Assembly (NCBI GenBank): GCA_965228475.1
Contig: OZ245817.1
Location: forward strand, 1,824,001 to 1,888,000
Reading direction: 5' to 3'
Length of the DNA: 64,000 bases
Source of the DNA: Myxococcota bacterium
GTDB lineage: Bacteria; Myxococcota_A; UBA9160; JAFDDA01
The notes beneath the pieces are model-generated. The model was not told the DNA's origin. It ran no database searches and was given only the letters and a program-made list of their open reading frames with translations. Both the position numbers and the translations under genes were made by a program. This document shows positions 55,445 through 64,000 of the stretch, piece by piece (the stretch's first letter is position 1; every line of letters begins with the position of its first letter).

Positions 55445-57628
55445 ATGCCCGAAGCCCTTCATCGCGCCTGTCACCTGTGCGAGGCCGGCTGCGGCCTGAG
55501 CTTCCAGGTCGAGCACGGCAAGATCCTCGCCGTCCGCCCGGACCGGGAAGACCCGCGCTCCCAGGGCTACGCCTGCCCGAAGGGCATCCACATCGCGGAC
55601 ATCCAGGAAGACCCGGATCGCATCCGGCGCCCGCTGCGGCGGACCGCCTCCGGCGACTTCGAGGAGGTGAGCTGGGAGGTCGCGCTCGGCGAGACGACCG
55701 AGCGGCTCGCGGCCATCCGCAAGCGCGACGGCGCCGACGCCCTCGGCATCTACATGGGGACGCCCGTGGTGCACGACCACGGCGCTTCGCTCGTGCGCTC
55801 GGGCCTGCTCGAGGCGCTCGGGACGCGCAACAGCTTCAGCGCCGGATCCCAGGATACGAGCCCGCGCTTCGCGACCTCGTGGCATCTCTACGGCAGCTCT
55901 TTCGTGGTGCCGATCCCCGACGTCCAGCGCACGGATTACTTCCTGTGCATCGGCGCGAATCCGATCGTCTCGAACGGCAGCGCGATGACGGCGCCGGACA
56001 TGCGGCGGCGCCTGCGGGCCCTGAAGGAGCGCGGCGGCCGGCTCGTCGTGGTGGACCCGCGCCGCACGGAGACCGCCCGCGAGGCCGACGAACACGTCGC
56101 GGTTCTGCCCGGCGGCGACGCGGCGCTCCTGTTCGGGATGCTCCGCGTGCTGCTCGACGAGGGCCTCGAAGACCGCGCCGCCATCGATGCGACGGCGTCG
56201 GGTTTCGCCGAGGTCGAGGCGCGCGTCCGCCGCCTCGAGCCGAAGGCCCTGGCGCGCTCGTCCGGTGTTCCGTGGGAAGTGATCGCGCGGCTGGCGCGCG
56301 AGTTCGCGGCGGCGCCGAGTTCCGTCGCCTATTCGCGGATCGGGGTCTGCAACAGCCGCTACGGCAGTCTCGCCACCTACGCCGGCGACCTGTTGAACCT
56401 CGCCGCCGGCCGTCTCGGCGCCGTGGGGGGCGCGATGTTCCCCGTGCCCGCCGCGGACCTCTCCCGCATGTCGCGGCTTCCGGGCATGGACGGCCACGGC
56501 CGTCGGCGAAGCCGCGTGCGGGGGCTGCCCGAGACCCTCGGGGATCTTCCCTCGGCCTGTCTGGCCGAGGAGATCGAGACCGAAGGCCCCGGACAGATCC
56601 GCGGCCTGATCACCTACGCGGGGAACCCGGTCCTCTCGGTGCCGAACGGCAAGCGCCTTGACCGCGCCTTCGCGAGCCTCGAGTTCATGGTCTCGATCGA
56701 CCTCTACCTGAACGAGACCACGCGCCACGCCGACATCCTCCTCCCGACCGCGTGGTCCCTGACCGAGGAACACTACGACGTGTTCTTCGCGAACTTCGCC
56801 GTCGAAGACTACGCGCGGCTCTCGCCGCCCGTCGTCGAGAAACAGGCCGAGGACCGCAACGATTGGGAGATCCTGCTCGCCCTGGCCGAGGGCCTCGGCG
56901 GCGGGCTGAGCGGCGTCGGCCCGCTCGACGCCCTGGTTCGCGCGGCGCGCAAGCGCGGGTACGGCCTGACGCCGGACCACGTGCTCGACGCCCTGCTGCG
57001 CACGGGGGCCCACGGCGACGGCTTCCTGCCGAAGCCGCTCCGGTTCGGCCGCTACCGCGACGGGCTCTCCCTCGCCGCGCTGCGGGAGATGCCGCGCGGG
57101 GCCCATCTCGGACCGATGCAGCCGGGGGTGGCGCACCGGGTCCTGCATCGGGAGGGCCGTGTTCGCGTTGACCCGGCGCCGTTCCTCGACGCTTTCGACG
57201 ACTGGGCCCGGGATCCGGCCGCGGCCACGCCGGCCGAAGGCGATCTCCTGCTGGTCGGCCGGCGCGAGATCCGCTCCAACAACTCCTGGATGCACAACGT
57301 GCCGGCGATGGTCTCGGGCCGCGACCGCTGCGTGCTCACGGTTCATCCGGAGGATGCCGCGCGCCTCGGGCTCGAAGACGGCGGCACCGCCGTGCTCGAG
57401 AGCCGCATCCACGCGGGAGCGGTTCCGGTCGCCGTCTCCGACGAGATGCGGCCCGGCGTGGTGAGTCTTCCGCACGGTTGGGGTCACCAGCGCGCGGCGG
57501 CGACGCTGCGGGTCGCCGGTGAGCTGCCCGGCGTCTCCTTCAACGATTGGAGCGACGATGCCGTCACCGAAGCCGTGGTCGGGCAGTCGGTGCTGAACGG
57601 CGTCCCCGTGACGGTCCGCGCGGCCTGA
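55445..57628 (+). CDS. Molybdopterin (bis-MGD) oxidoreductase catalytic subunit
   Basis: CHLCEAGCG..CPKG Fe-S motif, GANP, VVDPRRTETA, SNNSWMHN, PHGWG; no Tat signal. Confidence 0.92.
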   Translation: MPEALHRACHLCEAGCGLSFQVEHGKILAVRPDREDPRSQGYACPKGIHIADIQEDPDRIRRPLRRTASGDFEEVSWEVALGETTERLAAIRKRDGADALGIYMGTPVVHDHGASLVRSGLLEALGTRNSFSAGSQDTSPRFATSWHLYGSSFVVPIPDVQRTDYFLCIGANPIVSNGSAMTAPDMRRRLRALKERGGRLVVVDPRRTETAREADEHVAVLPGGDAALLFGMLRVLLDEGLEDRAAIDATASGFAEVEARVRRLEPKALARSSGVPWEVIARLAREFAAAPSSVAYSRIGVCNSRYGSLATYAGDLLNLAAGRLGAVGGAMFPVPAADLSRMSRLPGMDGHGRRRSRVRGLPETLGDLPSACLAEEIETEGPGQIRGLITYAGNPVLSVPNGKRLDRAFASLEFMVSIDLYLNETTRHADILLPTAWSLTEEHYDVFFANFAVEDYARLSPPVVEKQAEDRNDWEILLALAEGLGGGLSGVGPLDALVRAARKRGYGLTPDHVLDALLRTGAHGDGFLPKPLRFGRYRDGLSLAALREMPRGAHLGPMQPGVAHRVLHREGRVRVDPAPFLDAFDDWARDPAAATPAEGDLLLVGRREIRSNNSWMHNVPAMVSGRDRCVLTVHPEDAARLGLEDGGTAVLESRIHAGAVPVAVSDEMRPGVVSLPHGWGHQRAAATLRVAGELPGVSFNDWSDDAVTEAVVGQSVLNGVPVTVRAA

Positions 57629-57665
57629 GCCGCCCGCGCTCGCGCTGCGGAGCGGCCGCGCTTCG

Positions 57666-58139
57666 CTACTTGCTGTAGTTCTTGCCGCTCGGCGTCTTCC
57701 CGCCGTGCTGCGGGACCGAGTAGTTCTGGGGCACCTCGGGCGCCGACGGCCGGTCCGGCCGCGGCCGCAGCACGGAGTCCGGGATCTTTCCGCTCCGCAG
57801 GCCCGCGCCCTTGCCCGAAGGGTCGGTGTCGTCGTCCATCCCGCTGCCGGTCCCCTCGCTCGGGTCCTCTTCCTGGGGTTCGTAGCCTTCGGGGACGTCG
57901 CCCTCGAAGCTCAGCTCCGAGGGGAGGTCTCCCGTCGGCCGGATGAAGCCGTCGGAGTTCTCTTCGGGGACGTCGGGCTCGAGGCCGTCGTAGCAGCCGA
58001 GGCACTCGGCGCATTCCCGCGGAATTCCCAGGCTGTCGAGGAGTTCCTGCTCGACATCGCAGCCGCCGAGCAGCATGGGGATCACGAGCGTGGCCGAGGC
58101 GATGCTCGGGACGAGCCAGCGTCGAAGGGTCGGGTTCAT
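57666..58139 (-). CDS. Hypothetical lipoprotein with CxxCxxC and acidic low-complexity tail
   Basis: Lipobox LGGC; CAECLGC. Confidence 0.6.
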   Translation of the reverse strand: MNPTLRRWLVPSIASATLVIPMLLGGCDVEQELLDSLGIPRECAECLGCYDGLEPDVPEENSDGFIRPTGDLPSELSFEGDVPEGYEPQEEDPSEGTGSGMDDDTDPSGKGAGLRSGKIPDSVLRPRPDRPSAPEVPQNYSVPQHGGKTPSGKNYSK

Positions 58140-58183
58140 GGCGGGGAGCCTACGCGACGGACCCGGGGATGCGGAAGTGTGGG

Positions 58184-59434
58184 TCAGAGCCCTCGGTTCT
58201 GTGCGCCGCGGGGGCCCTGAGCGGCCAGGCCCGCGAGGTTCTCGCGCATGATCTTGCGCGTGCTCTCGGCGGAGAGCCCCTCGAGCTCCTCCTGGAACTC
58301 CGAAGGCCAGACGAGCCCTTCGGGGTGGGGATAGTCCGAGCCGCAGAGCACCTGGTCTTCGCCGAGGGCCGCGACCACCGCCGGGACGTCGTCCTCGTAG
58401 AACGGCGCGACGAAGAAGTTCCGCTTCAAGGTCTCGCTCGGGCGCAGGGGCGGCTCGCCGAAGCGCCAGAGGTCCTTGCTGAACAGGCGCGCGACGCCGT
58501 CGAGCTTGCGCAGCAGGGCCGGCACCCAGGAGGCGCCGTACTCGATCGAGAGGATGCGCAGCTCCGGGAAGCGGCCGAACAGGTTGTCGGCGACGAGCGC
58601 CGTCAGCGTGTCCGTGATCGGCCGCTCGGTGAAGGAGAGCACGTACTCCATCAGCGAATGCCGGTGCGAAGGCGGGTGCGGACGCAGCCCCCAGGGCGTG
58701 TTGTACATCTCGGAGAAGGGCGTGCGGCCGATGTGGTAGACGACGTTCAGTCCGGCTTCGTGCACGCGCGCCCAGAAGGGGTCGAAGTGCGGGTCCGCCG
58801 GGGATCGGCCGTCGATCGGGCCGGCGGTGAGGATCATGAAGCGGGCGCCGCGCTCGAGGACGCGCTCCGTCTCCGCGATGGCTTCGTCGACGTCCGCGAG
58901 GGAGTTCATCGGGGCGCCGAAGATGCGCCCGTCGGCGCCGTAGCCCCAATCCTCTTCGACCCAGCGGTTGAAGGCGCGCAGGCTCGGGTAGAGCGCCTCC
59001 CGGTGTTTCGGCTTGCGCAGCTGTGGCTCGAGGCCGACCCCCGCCGTCGGGAGCATCAGGCAGGCCTCGACGTTCTGTTCGTCCATGCGCGCGAGCCGGG
59101 CCTTGCGTTCGACGAACTCCGGGACTTCCAGGGCGTTCATGGGGGAAAGGCTCGGGCTTCCGCCTTCGTCCGTCTCGCCGCGGAGGAAGTGCTTCATGAT
59201 CCCGGGCGGGCCGATGCTGTCGCCGGCGCCGACGCTGAAGAACTCGCAGCGCTCGTTGCCGACGTACATGCGGCCGGGACGGCCGGGCTCCGAGCGGTCG
59301 ATCCACATCGTGCGATCGCGAAAGCCGGCCTCGATGTGGCGCTGGTAGCAGTCGTCGGGTTCGTAGTAGTGGTTGTCGGCGTCCCAGATCCGGTAGGGGA
59401 GGGGCGCAGCGTCGGGCGAGGTCGGTTCGGACAT
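58184..59434 (-). CDS. Amidohydrolase_2 family protein
   Basis: DADNHYYE, FDPFW, GSDYPHPEG. Confidence 0.9.
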   Translation of the reverse strand: MSEPTSPDAAPLPYRIWDADNHYYEPDDCYQRHIEAGFRDRTMWIDRSEPGRPGRMYVGNERCEFFSVGAGDSIGPPGIMKHFLRGETDEGGSPSLSPMNALEVPEFVERKARLARMDEQNVEACLMLPTAGVGLEPQLRKPKHREALYPSLRAFNRWVEEDWGYGADGRIFGAPMNSLADVDEAIAETERVLERGARFMILTAGPIDGRSPADPHFDPFWARVHEAGLNVVYHIGRTPFSEMYNTPWGLRPHPPSHRHSLMEYVLSFTERPITDTLTALVADNLFGRFPELRILSIEYGASWVPALLRKLDGVARLFSKDLWRFGEPPLRPSETLKRNFFVAPFYEDDVPAVVAALGEDQVLCGSDYPHPEGLVWPSEFQEELEGLSAESTRKIMRENLAGLAAQGPRGAQNRGL

Positions 59435-59541
59435 GGCATCGCTTTCGGGGAACCCGGCGGGAGCCTAGCACCTGGTGGGGCAAGAGAGGGTTGCTCGAAC
59501 GGGCTCCGATCGCGCAAGCTGTCGCCGGGGAGGGGCGCTCC

Positions 59542-60477
59542 ATGGCATTCGACAACCGGGTGACGCGCATGCTCGGCGTCGAGGTCCCGATCGTCCAGGC
59601 GCCGATGGGCTGGATCGCCCGGGCCCCGCTCGCCTCGGCCGTTTCGGAGGCCGGCGGGCTCGGCATCATCGAGACCTCCTCGGGCGAGCTCGACGCGATC
59701 CGCGGGGAGATCCGGCGCATGCGTGAACTCACCCGGAAGCCCTTCGGCGTGAACGTGGCCCAGGCCTTCGTCCGCGACCCGGACATCGTCTCCTTCGTGA
59801 TCGACCAGGGCGTCCGCTTCGTGACGACCTCCGCCGGCGACCCGACCCGGTACACCCGTCAGCTGAAGGACGCCGGCCTCACGGTGTTCCACGTCGTGCC
59901 GACGCTGCGCGCGGCGCAGAAGGCCGTGGACGCAGGCGTCGACGGGCTCGTCGTGGAAGGCGGCGAGGGCGGCGGCTTCAAGAACCCGCGCCCGGTCTCG
60001 ACCCTGGTGCTCGTGCCGCTGATCCGGGAACGGCTCGACGTTCCGATCATCGCGGCCGGGGGCATCTGCGACGGCGCTTCCATGGCGGCAGCCTTCGCGC
60101 TCGGCGCCGAAGGCGTGCAGATGGGGACGCGCATGGTCTCGGCGGCGGAGTCGCCGGTCCACGAAGGCTGGAAGAAGGCGATCGTCGAGGCGCCGGAGAC
60201 GGGGACGGTGTTCCTGAAGCCCGAGCGGGGGCCGGCCCTCCGCGCGCTGCGTACCGAGACGACCGAACGGCTGGAAGCCGGGGAAGGGGACCCGATGGCG
60301 ACGCTCGGCGGCGGCGTGCGCGACGTGTACTTCGAGGGGCGGCTCGAGAAGGGCATCGCGCTGACCGGGCAGGTGGCGGGCCGCATCGACGGCGTCCGGC
60401 CGGTGGCGGAGATCCTCGCGGAGACCGTCCGCGAGTTCGAGGCGACGGCGGCGCGCCTGGCGGGGCCAACATGGTAG
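59542..60477 (+). CDS. Nitronate monooxygenase / FabK-like flavoenzyme
   Basis: PIVQAPMG, EGGEGGG, IIAAGGICDG, GVQMGTR. Confidence 0.9.
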   Translation: MAFDNRVTRMLGVEVPIVQAPMGWIARAPLASAVSEAGGLGIIETSSGELDAIRGEIRRMRELTRKPFGVNVAQAFVRDPDIVSFVIDQGVRFVTTSAGDPTRYTRQLKDAGLTVFHVVPTLRAAQKAVDAGVDGLVVEGGEGGGFKNPRPVSTLVLVPLIRERLDVPIIAAGGICDGASMAAAFALGAEGVQMGTRMVSAAESPVHEGWKKAIVEAPETGTVFLKPERGPALRALRTETTERLEAGEGDPMATLGGGVRDVYFEGRLEKGIALTGQVAGRIDGVRPVAEILAETVREFEATAARLAGPTW

Positions 60478-60497
60478 GCCGGCGGCGACTCCCGAAG

Positions 60498-61742
60498 GTG
60501 CGGATCTCCCCGGGTCTTCTTGCGGTGGTCCTGCTCGGCGGTTTCGCCGGAACCGGCTCGGCGCAGGTTCCGCCCGAGGCGATCGGCCGCGTCGAAACGC
60601 TCCCCGCGGAGAAGCCGGCGCACTGGGTCTGGGCCTTCGATGCCGTGAACTCCCGCGTCGCGTTGATCGACCTCGACGACGGCCGCATGCGCGGCATCGT
60701 CGACGGAGGCTGGGGCATCACGACGCCGCTCTTCCCGCCGGGGGGCGGCCTGCTCGTCCCGGAGACCCACTACTCGCGAGGGAGCCGCGGCCAGCGAACG
60801 GACGTCGTGACGTTCTACGACGGCACGTCCCTGGCGCCGGAGTACGAGGTGGTGATCCCCGCGAAGCGGGCGCACAACGTGCTCTCGGTCGGAAACGCGG
60901 CGCTCGAAGACGGGGGTCGCTTCCTGGCCGTTGCGAACATGACCCCGGCCACGTCCCTGAGCATCGTCGACCTCGAGCGGCGGACCTTCGCCGGGGAGGT
61001 GCCGACGCCCGGGTGTGCGCTCGTCTACGGCGCGGGCGCTCGCCGCTTCATCAGCGTGTGCGCCGACGGCACCCTGCTCCTGGTCGAGCTCGACGGCGAG
61101 GGCAACGCCGTGCGCCGGCTGCGCTCGGAGCGCTTCTTCGACGTCGACGCGGATCCGGTCACCGAGAAAGCCGTGCGCCGCGGCGACGTCTGGTACTTCG
61201 TCTCCTTCGAGGGCGTCGTGCACGAGGTCGACGTGTCCGGCGGCGCGCCGCGCTTCGCCGAGCCCTGGCCGCTCTTCGACGACGCCGACCGCGAAGACCG
61301 CTGGCGGGTCGGTGGACGCCAGCTCCTTGCGGTGCATCGGGAGAGCGGCCGCCTGTACGTGCTCGTGCATCAGGGCGGGCCCGATACCCACAAACAGCAC
61401 GGGAGCGAGGCCTGGGTCTACGATCTCGAGTCCCGCACGCGTGAGCAGCGCATCGCCCTGCGCAACCCGGGCCTCACCTACCTCGGCGTGTCGATGGGCT
61501 TCGGTGAAGACTGGATCTGGCCCTTCAACCGGATCTACGACGCGCTCCTCTCCCTCGCGCCCCTCGGTGCCTCGAGCCTGGCCGTGACCCAGGGTGCCGA
61601 GCCGATCCTGATCGCCGCCGGGGAGTTTTCGGGCACGCTCGCGCTTCACGACGCGAGCTCCGGCGACTTCCTGCGCCGGATCACGACGGGGAACACGACG
61701 AATCTCGCCGTCCATGCCCCCTATCTGGGAACGGCGGAGTGA
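60498..61742 (+). CDS. mauB: TTQ amine dehydrogenase large (beta-propeller) subunit
   Basis: Signal; ETHYSRGSRGQRTDVV, NMTPATSLSIVDL, PGC, LVHQGGPDTHK. Confidence 0.9.
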   Translation: MRISPGLLAVVLLGGFAGTGSAQVPPEAIGRVETLPAEKPAHWVWAFDAVNSRVALIDLDDGRMRGIVDGGWGITTPLFPPGGGLLVPETHYSRGSRGQRTDVVTFYDGTSLAPEYEVVIPAKRAHNVLSVGNAALEDGGRFLAVANMTPATSLSIVDLERRTFAGEVPTPGCALVYGAGARRFISVCADGTLLLVELDGEGNAVRRLRSERFFDVDADPVTEKAVRRGDVWYFVSFEGVVHEVDVSGGAPRFAEPWPLFDDADREDRWRVGGRQLLAVHRESGRLYVLVHQGGPDTHKQHGSEAWVYDLESRTREQRIALRNPGLTYLGVSMGFGEDWIWPFNRIYDALLSLAPLGASSLAVTQGAEPILIAAGEFSGTLALHDASSGDFLRRITTGNTTNLAVHAPYLGTAE

Positions 61743-61758
61743 GTCCGGGGTGGGTGGA

Positions 61759-62304
61759 GTGAGTCTCGACCCGGTCGTCCTCTGGATCCTGCGCGGAAGC
61801 GTCGCCCTGCTCCTCCTGCTGGCCGCCGCCCACAAGCTGCGCGCGCCCCGCGACTTTCGCGCGATGGTCGCCGACTATGCGCTTCTTCCCTCTGCGCTCC
61901 TTCCGGCGTTCGCGTGGGGGCTTCCCGTCCTGGAGGCCGGGCTCGGGATCGCGCTGGCGTTCGAGGCGACGGCCGTGTGGGCCGCCCGAGCCTCGGCGGG
62001 CCTGTTCGCGCTCTATGCGTTCGCCATCGCAGTGAACCTCGTTCGCGGCCGCCGGCACGTCGCGTGCGGGTGCTTCGGGCCGGCGGCCGAGCGGCCGATC
62101 CACGCGGGCCTCGTCCTGCGCAACAGTGGGCTCGCGGGCGTGGCCCTGGCGGGGAGCCTCGCGGCGACGCCGCGGAGCCTCGGTGCGCCCGACGCGTTCA
62201 CGGTCGCCGCCGCGATCGCGTGTCTCGCCTCCGCCTACTTTGCCGCGGACGCGCTGCTCGGCGCCGATCCTCATCGCGTGTCCGCTCCGAGGGGGCTCTC
62301 GTGA
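61759..62304 (+). CDS. mauE: Methylamine utilisation membrane protein MauE
   Basis: AAAHKL, NLVRGRRHVACGCFG, VLRN. Confidence 0.9.
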   Translation: MSLDPVVLWILRGSVALLLLLAAAHKLRAPRDFRAMVADYALLPSALLPAFAWGLPVLEAGLGIALAFEATAVWAARASAGLFALYAFAIAVNLVRGRRHVACGCFGPAAERPIHAGLVLRNSGLAGVALAGSLAATPRSLGAPDAFTVAAAIACLASAYFAADALLGADPHRVSAPRGLS

Positions 62305-62930
62305 GCGAGCCCTGGGTCGTCTCGCAGGTCGTCCTCTGGGTCGTCGTCGTCGGGCTGGCCCTGGTGGTGCTGGCGCTCGCGCGTCAGATCGGGCTGCTGC
62401 ACGAGCGCATCGCGCCGGTCGGCGCGCTCGTCGGTGCGGAGACGCCGAGGGTCGGAGAGCTCGCGCCCACCCTCGAGATCGAATCCTGGTCGGGGAAGTC
62501 GGTTCGGGTCGGGGGCGTCGCCCCGGACGGGCGCAGCTCGCTGCTGCTGTTCGTCTCGCCGACCTGTCCGGTGTGCCGGGAACTCCTGCCGGTGGCTCGC
62601 GCGATGGTGTCGAGCGCGACCGAGCGGGTCCGCCTGGTCCTCGCCTCCGACGGTCCGCGCGAAGAGCACGAGACCTACGTCGCGCGGAACGGACTCTCGG
62701 AGGAGACCTATCTCCTTTCGAAGCCGCTCGGACTCGCCTACCAGATCGGACGGCTTCCCCACGCGGTGTTGCTCGACGAAGCGGGCGTCGTCCGGGCGCG
62801 GGGCCTGGTCAATACCCGCGAGCATCTCGAGAGCCTGTTCGAGGCGCGAGACCGCGGCGTATCCTCGGTTCAGGAGTATCTTGCGCACGAGCAGCCGGAT
62901 CGTCCGGCCCGCGAGGAGGCTCACGGATGA
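62301..62930 (+). CDS. mauD: Amine dehydrogenase accessory thioredoxin-like protein MauD
   Basis: LARQIGLLHERIAPVGAL, CPVC, GLVNTREHLESL. Confidence 0.93.
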   Translation: MSEPWVVSQVVLWVVVVGLALVVLALARQIGLLHERIAPVGALVGAETPRVGELAPTLEIESWSGKSVRVGGVAPDGRSSLLLFVSPTCPVCRELLPVARAMVSSATERVRLVLASDGPREEHETYVARNGLSEETYLLSKPLGLAYQIGRLPHAVLLDEAGVVRARGLVNTREHLESLFEARDRGVSSVQEYLAHEQPDRPAREEAHG

Positions 62931-63469
62931 GTGCCATCGATCGTCTCGTTTCCGATGCGTCCCGGCGTCTCGCGCGCTCGACCTCGCGCCGCGGCTTTCT
63001 CGGGCGGCTCGGCGGGCTCCTCCTCGGGGGCGCGGCGGTCCCGCTGCTGCCCGTGGCGCGCGCTGCGGCGCAGGGCCGCGAGCCGGCCCCCGGCGAGCCC
63101 GACCCGGAGACGCCGGAAGGCGACCCGAACCACTGCGACTACTGGCGCTACTGCGGCGTCGACGGCTTCCTCGCGAGCTGCTGCGGTGGAACGCACCGCT
63201 CCTGCCCGCCCGGGACCGAGATGTCCGCGGTCACCTGGGTGGGGACGTGCCGCAACCCGGCGGACGGGCGCGACTACGTCATCTCCTACAACGACTGCTG
63301 CGGCAAGAACGCCTGCGGGCGCTGCTTCTGCAATCGCAACGAAGGCGACAAGCCGATCTACTTCCCCTCGAAGTCGAACGACATCAACTGGTGCATGGGC
63401 CGGGCGGGCGTCGTCTACAACTCGACCACGGCCATCGTGATCGGCGTCGCGACGGAACCGGACCGGTGA
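62927..63469 (+). CDS. mauA: TTQ amine dehydrogenase small subunit (AADH-like)
   Basis: Tat signal SRRGFL; CDYWRYC, TWVGTC, YNDCCGK, NDINWC. Confidence 0.95.
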   Translation: MSAIDRLVSDASRRLARSTSRRGFLGRLGGLLLGGAAVPLLPVARAAAQGREPAPGEPDPETPEGDPNHCDYWRYCGVDGFLASCCGGTHRSCPPGTEMSAVTWVGTCRNPADGRDYVISYNDCCGKNACGRCFCNRNEGDKPIYFPSKSNDINWCMGRAGVVYNSTTAIVIGVATEPDR

Positions 63470-63936
63470 TCTCGCGGCTCGTGGTTGCCCGGCCCCGGAG
63501 GACGCTCCTCCTGCCGGCGCTCCTCGCCCTCGGCCTCGCGCCGGTCGGCGCGGCTGCCGAATCCCCAGGCGTCCTCTACATGCTCCACTGCCAGGGCTGC
63601 CACCTTGCAGACGGGACCGGCGCGCCGGGTGCGGTGCCGAGCCTCGCGGGCTCGCTCGCGGCGTATCTCACCGTGCCGGACGGCCGCGCCTATCTCGTGC
63701 AGGTTCCGGGCAGCGCTTCGTCCCGCCTCGACGACGCCGAGCTCGCCGACGTCCTGAACTGGATGCTGCTGCGGTTCGGCCCCGAGGCTGCCGCCCGGGG
63801 GGCGGCGCCGTACACGCGGGACGAGGTCGCACGCCTGCGGAGCACCCCCCTCGAAGACGTCGATGGGACCCGCCGGCGCCTCCGCGAGCAGATCTCCACC
63901 GGTTCCCCGGGCCTCCGGCCGCCGGGAGCCGGATGA
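63466..63936 (+). CDS. Monoheme cytochrome c
   Basis: Signal peptide; YMLHCQGCH; GRAYLVQVPG; GTGA overlap with mauA. Confidence 0.88.
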   Translation: MISRLVVARPRRTLLLPALLALGLAPVGAAAESPGVLYMLHCQGCHLADGTGAPGAVPSLAGSLAAYLTVPDGRAYLVQVPGSASSRLDDAELADVLNWMLLRFGPEAAARGAAPYTRDEVARLRSTPLEDVDGTRRRLREQISTGSPGLRPPGAG

Positions 63937-64000
63937 CCTCTTCGCAAGCGGGGCCCCGGCCCGAGATCGTCTCCCTGACCGGCCTTCGCGCCTTCGCCGC
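63933..64000 (+). CDS. Probable acyltransferase-3 family protein (5' fragment)
   Basis: ATG overlapping cytochrome stop; MTSSQAGPRPEIVSLTGLRAFA matches the typical LxGLR N-terminus. Confidence 0.55.
   Translation, partial: MTSSQAGPRPEIVSLTGLRAFA

Noticed and set aside
1..64000. CRISPR arrays, tRNA/rRNA, IS elements, prophage or defence genes
   Set aside because: None recognised by eye; intergenic spaces are short and lack repeat-spacer periodicity. Small RNAs cannot be excluded without a covariance search

Overview
High-GC bacterial DNA from a diderm. TonB/ExbBD, PEP-CTERM proteins, a Ser/Thr kinase with FHA partner and a DZR-cyclase-ATPase-TPR protein suggest Myxococcota or a related deltaproteobacterial lineage (inference). 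About 60 CDS; no rRNA, tRNA, CRISPR array or mobile element seen. Layout: (1) 1-13.2 kb lipid/acyl-CoA catabolism with a TetR-controlled operon; (2) 13.7-25 kb cell-surface genes: purple-acid-phosphatase-like enzyme, CsoR, AglB/STT3-like oligosaccharyltransferase next to a PEP-CTERM protein, class III cyclase, and a permuted-papain-like protein coupled to a Ser-rich lipoprotein; (3) 27.7-50.5 kb, the most unusual block: Ser/Thr kinase, FHA, PhoB-like regulator with Asp->Glu at the phosphoacceptor, Pho-box-like repeats, sigma-region-2-only protein, AraC, vWA lipoprotein, a DUF3450-ExbB-ExbB-ExbD-ExbD-TonB-TPR-TonB-dependent receptor operon whose receptor has a low-GC core, a PBP transpeptidase fused to a paralog of the local TonB C-domain, an acidic secreted protein and a PEP-CTERM protein; (4) 50.5-60.5 kb F420-type LLM enzyme, frameshifted MocR, SnoaL/PaaI/molybdoenzyme operon, amidohydrolase, nitronate monooxygenase; (5) 60.5-64 kb TTQ amine dehydrogenase cluster (mauBEDA + cytochrome c, no mauG here). 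Family calls come from motif recognition by eye; no database searches were run. Several start codons were re-picked by hand from RBS and overlap evidence.
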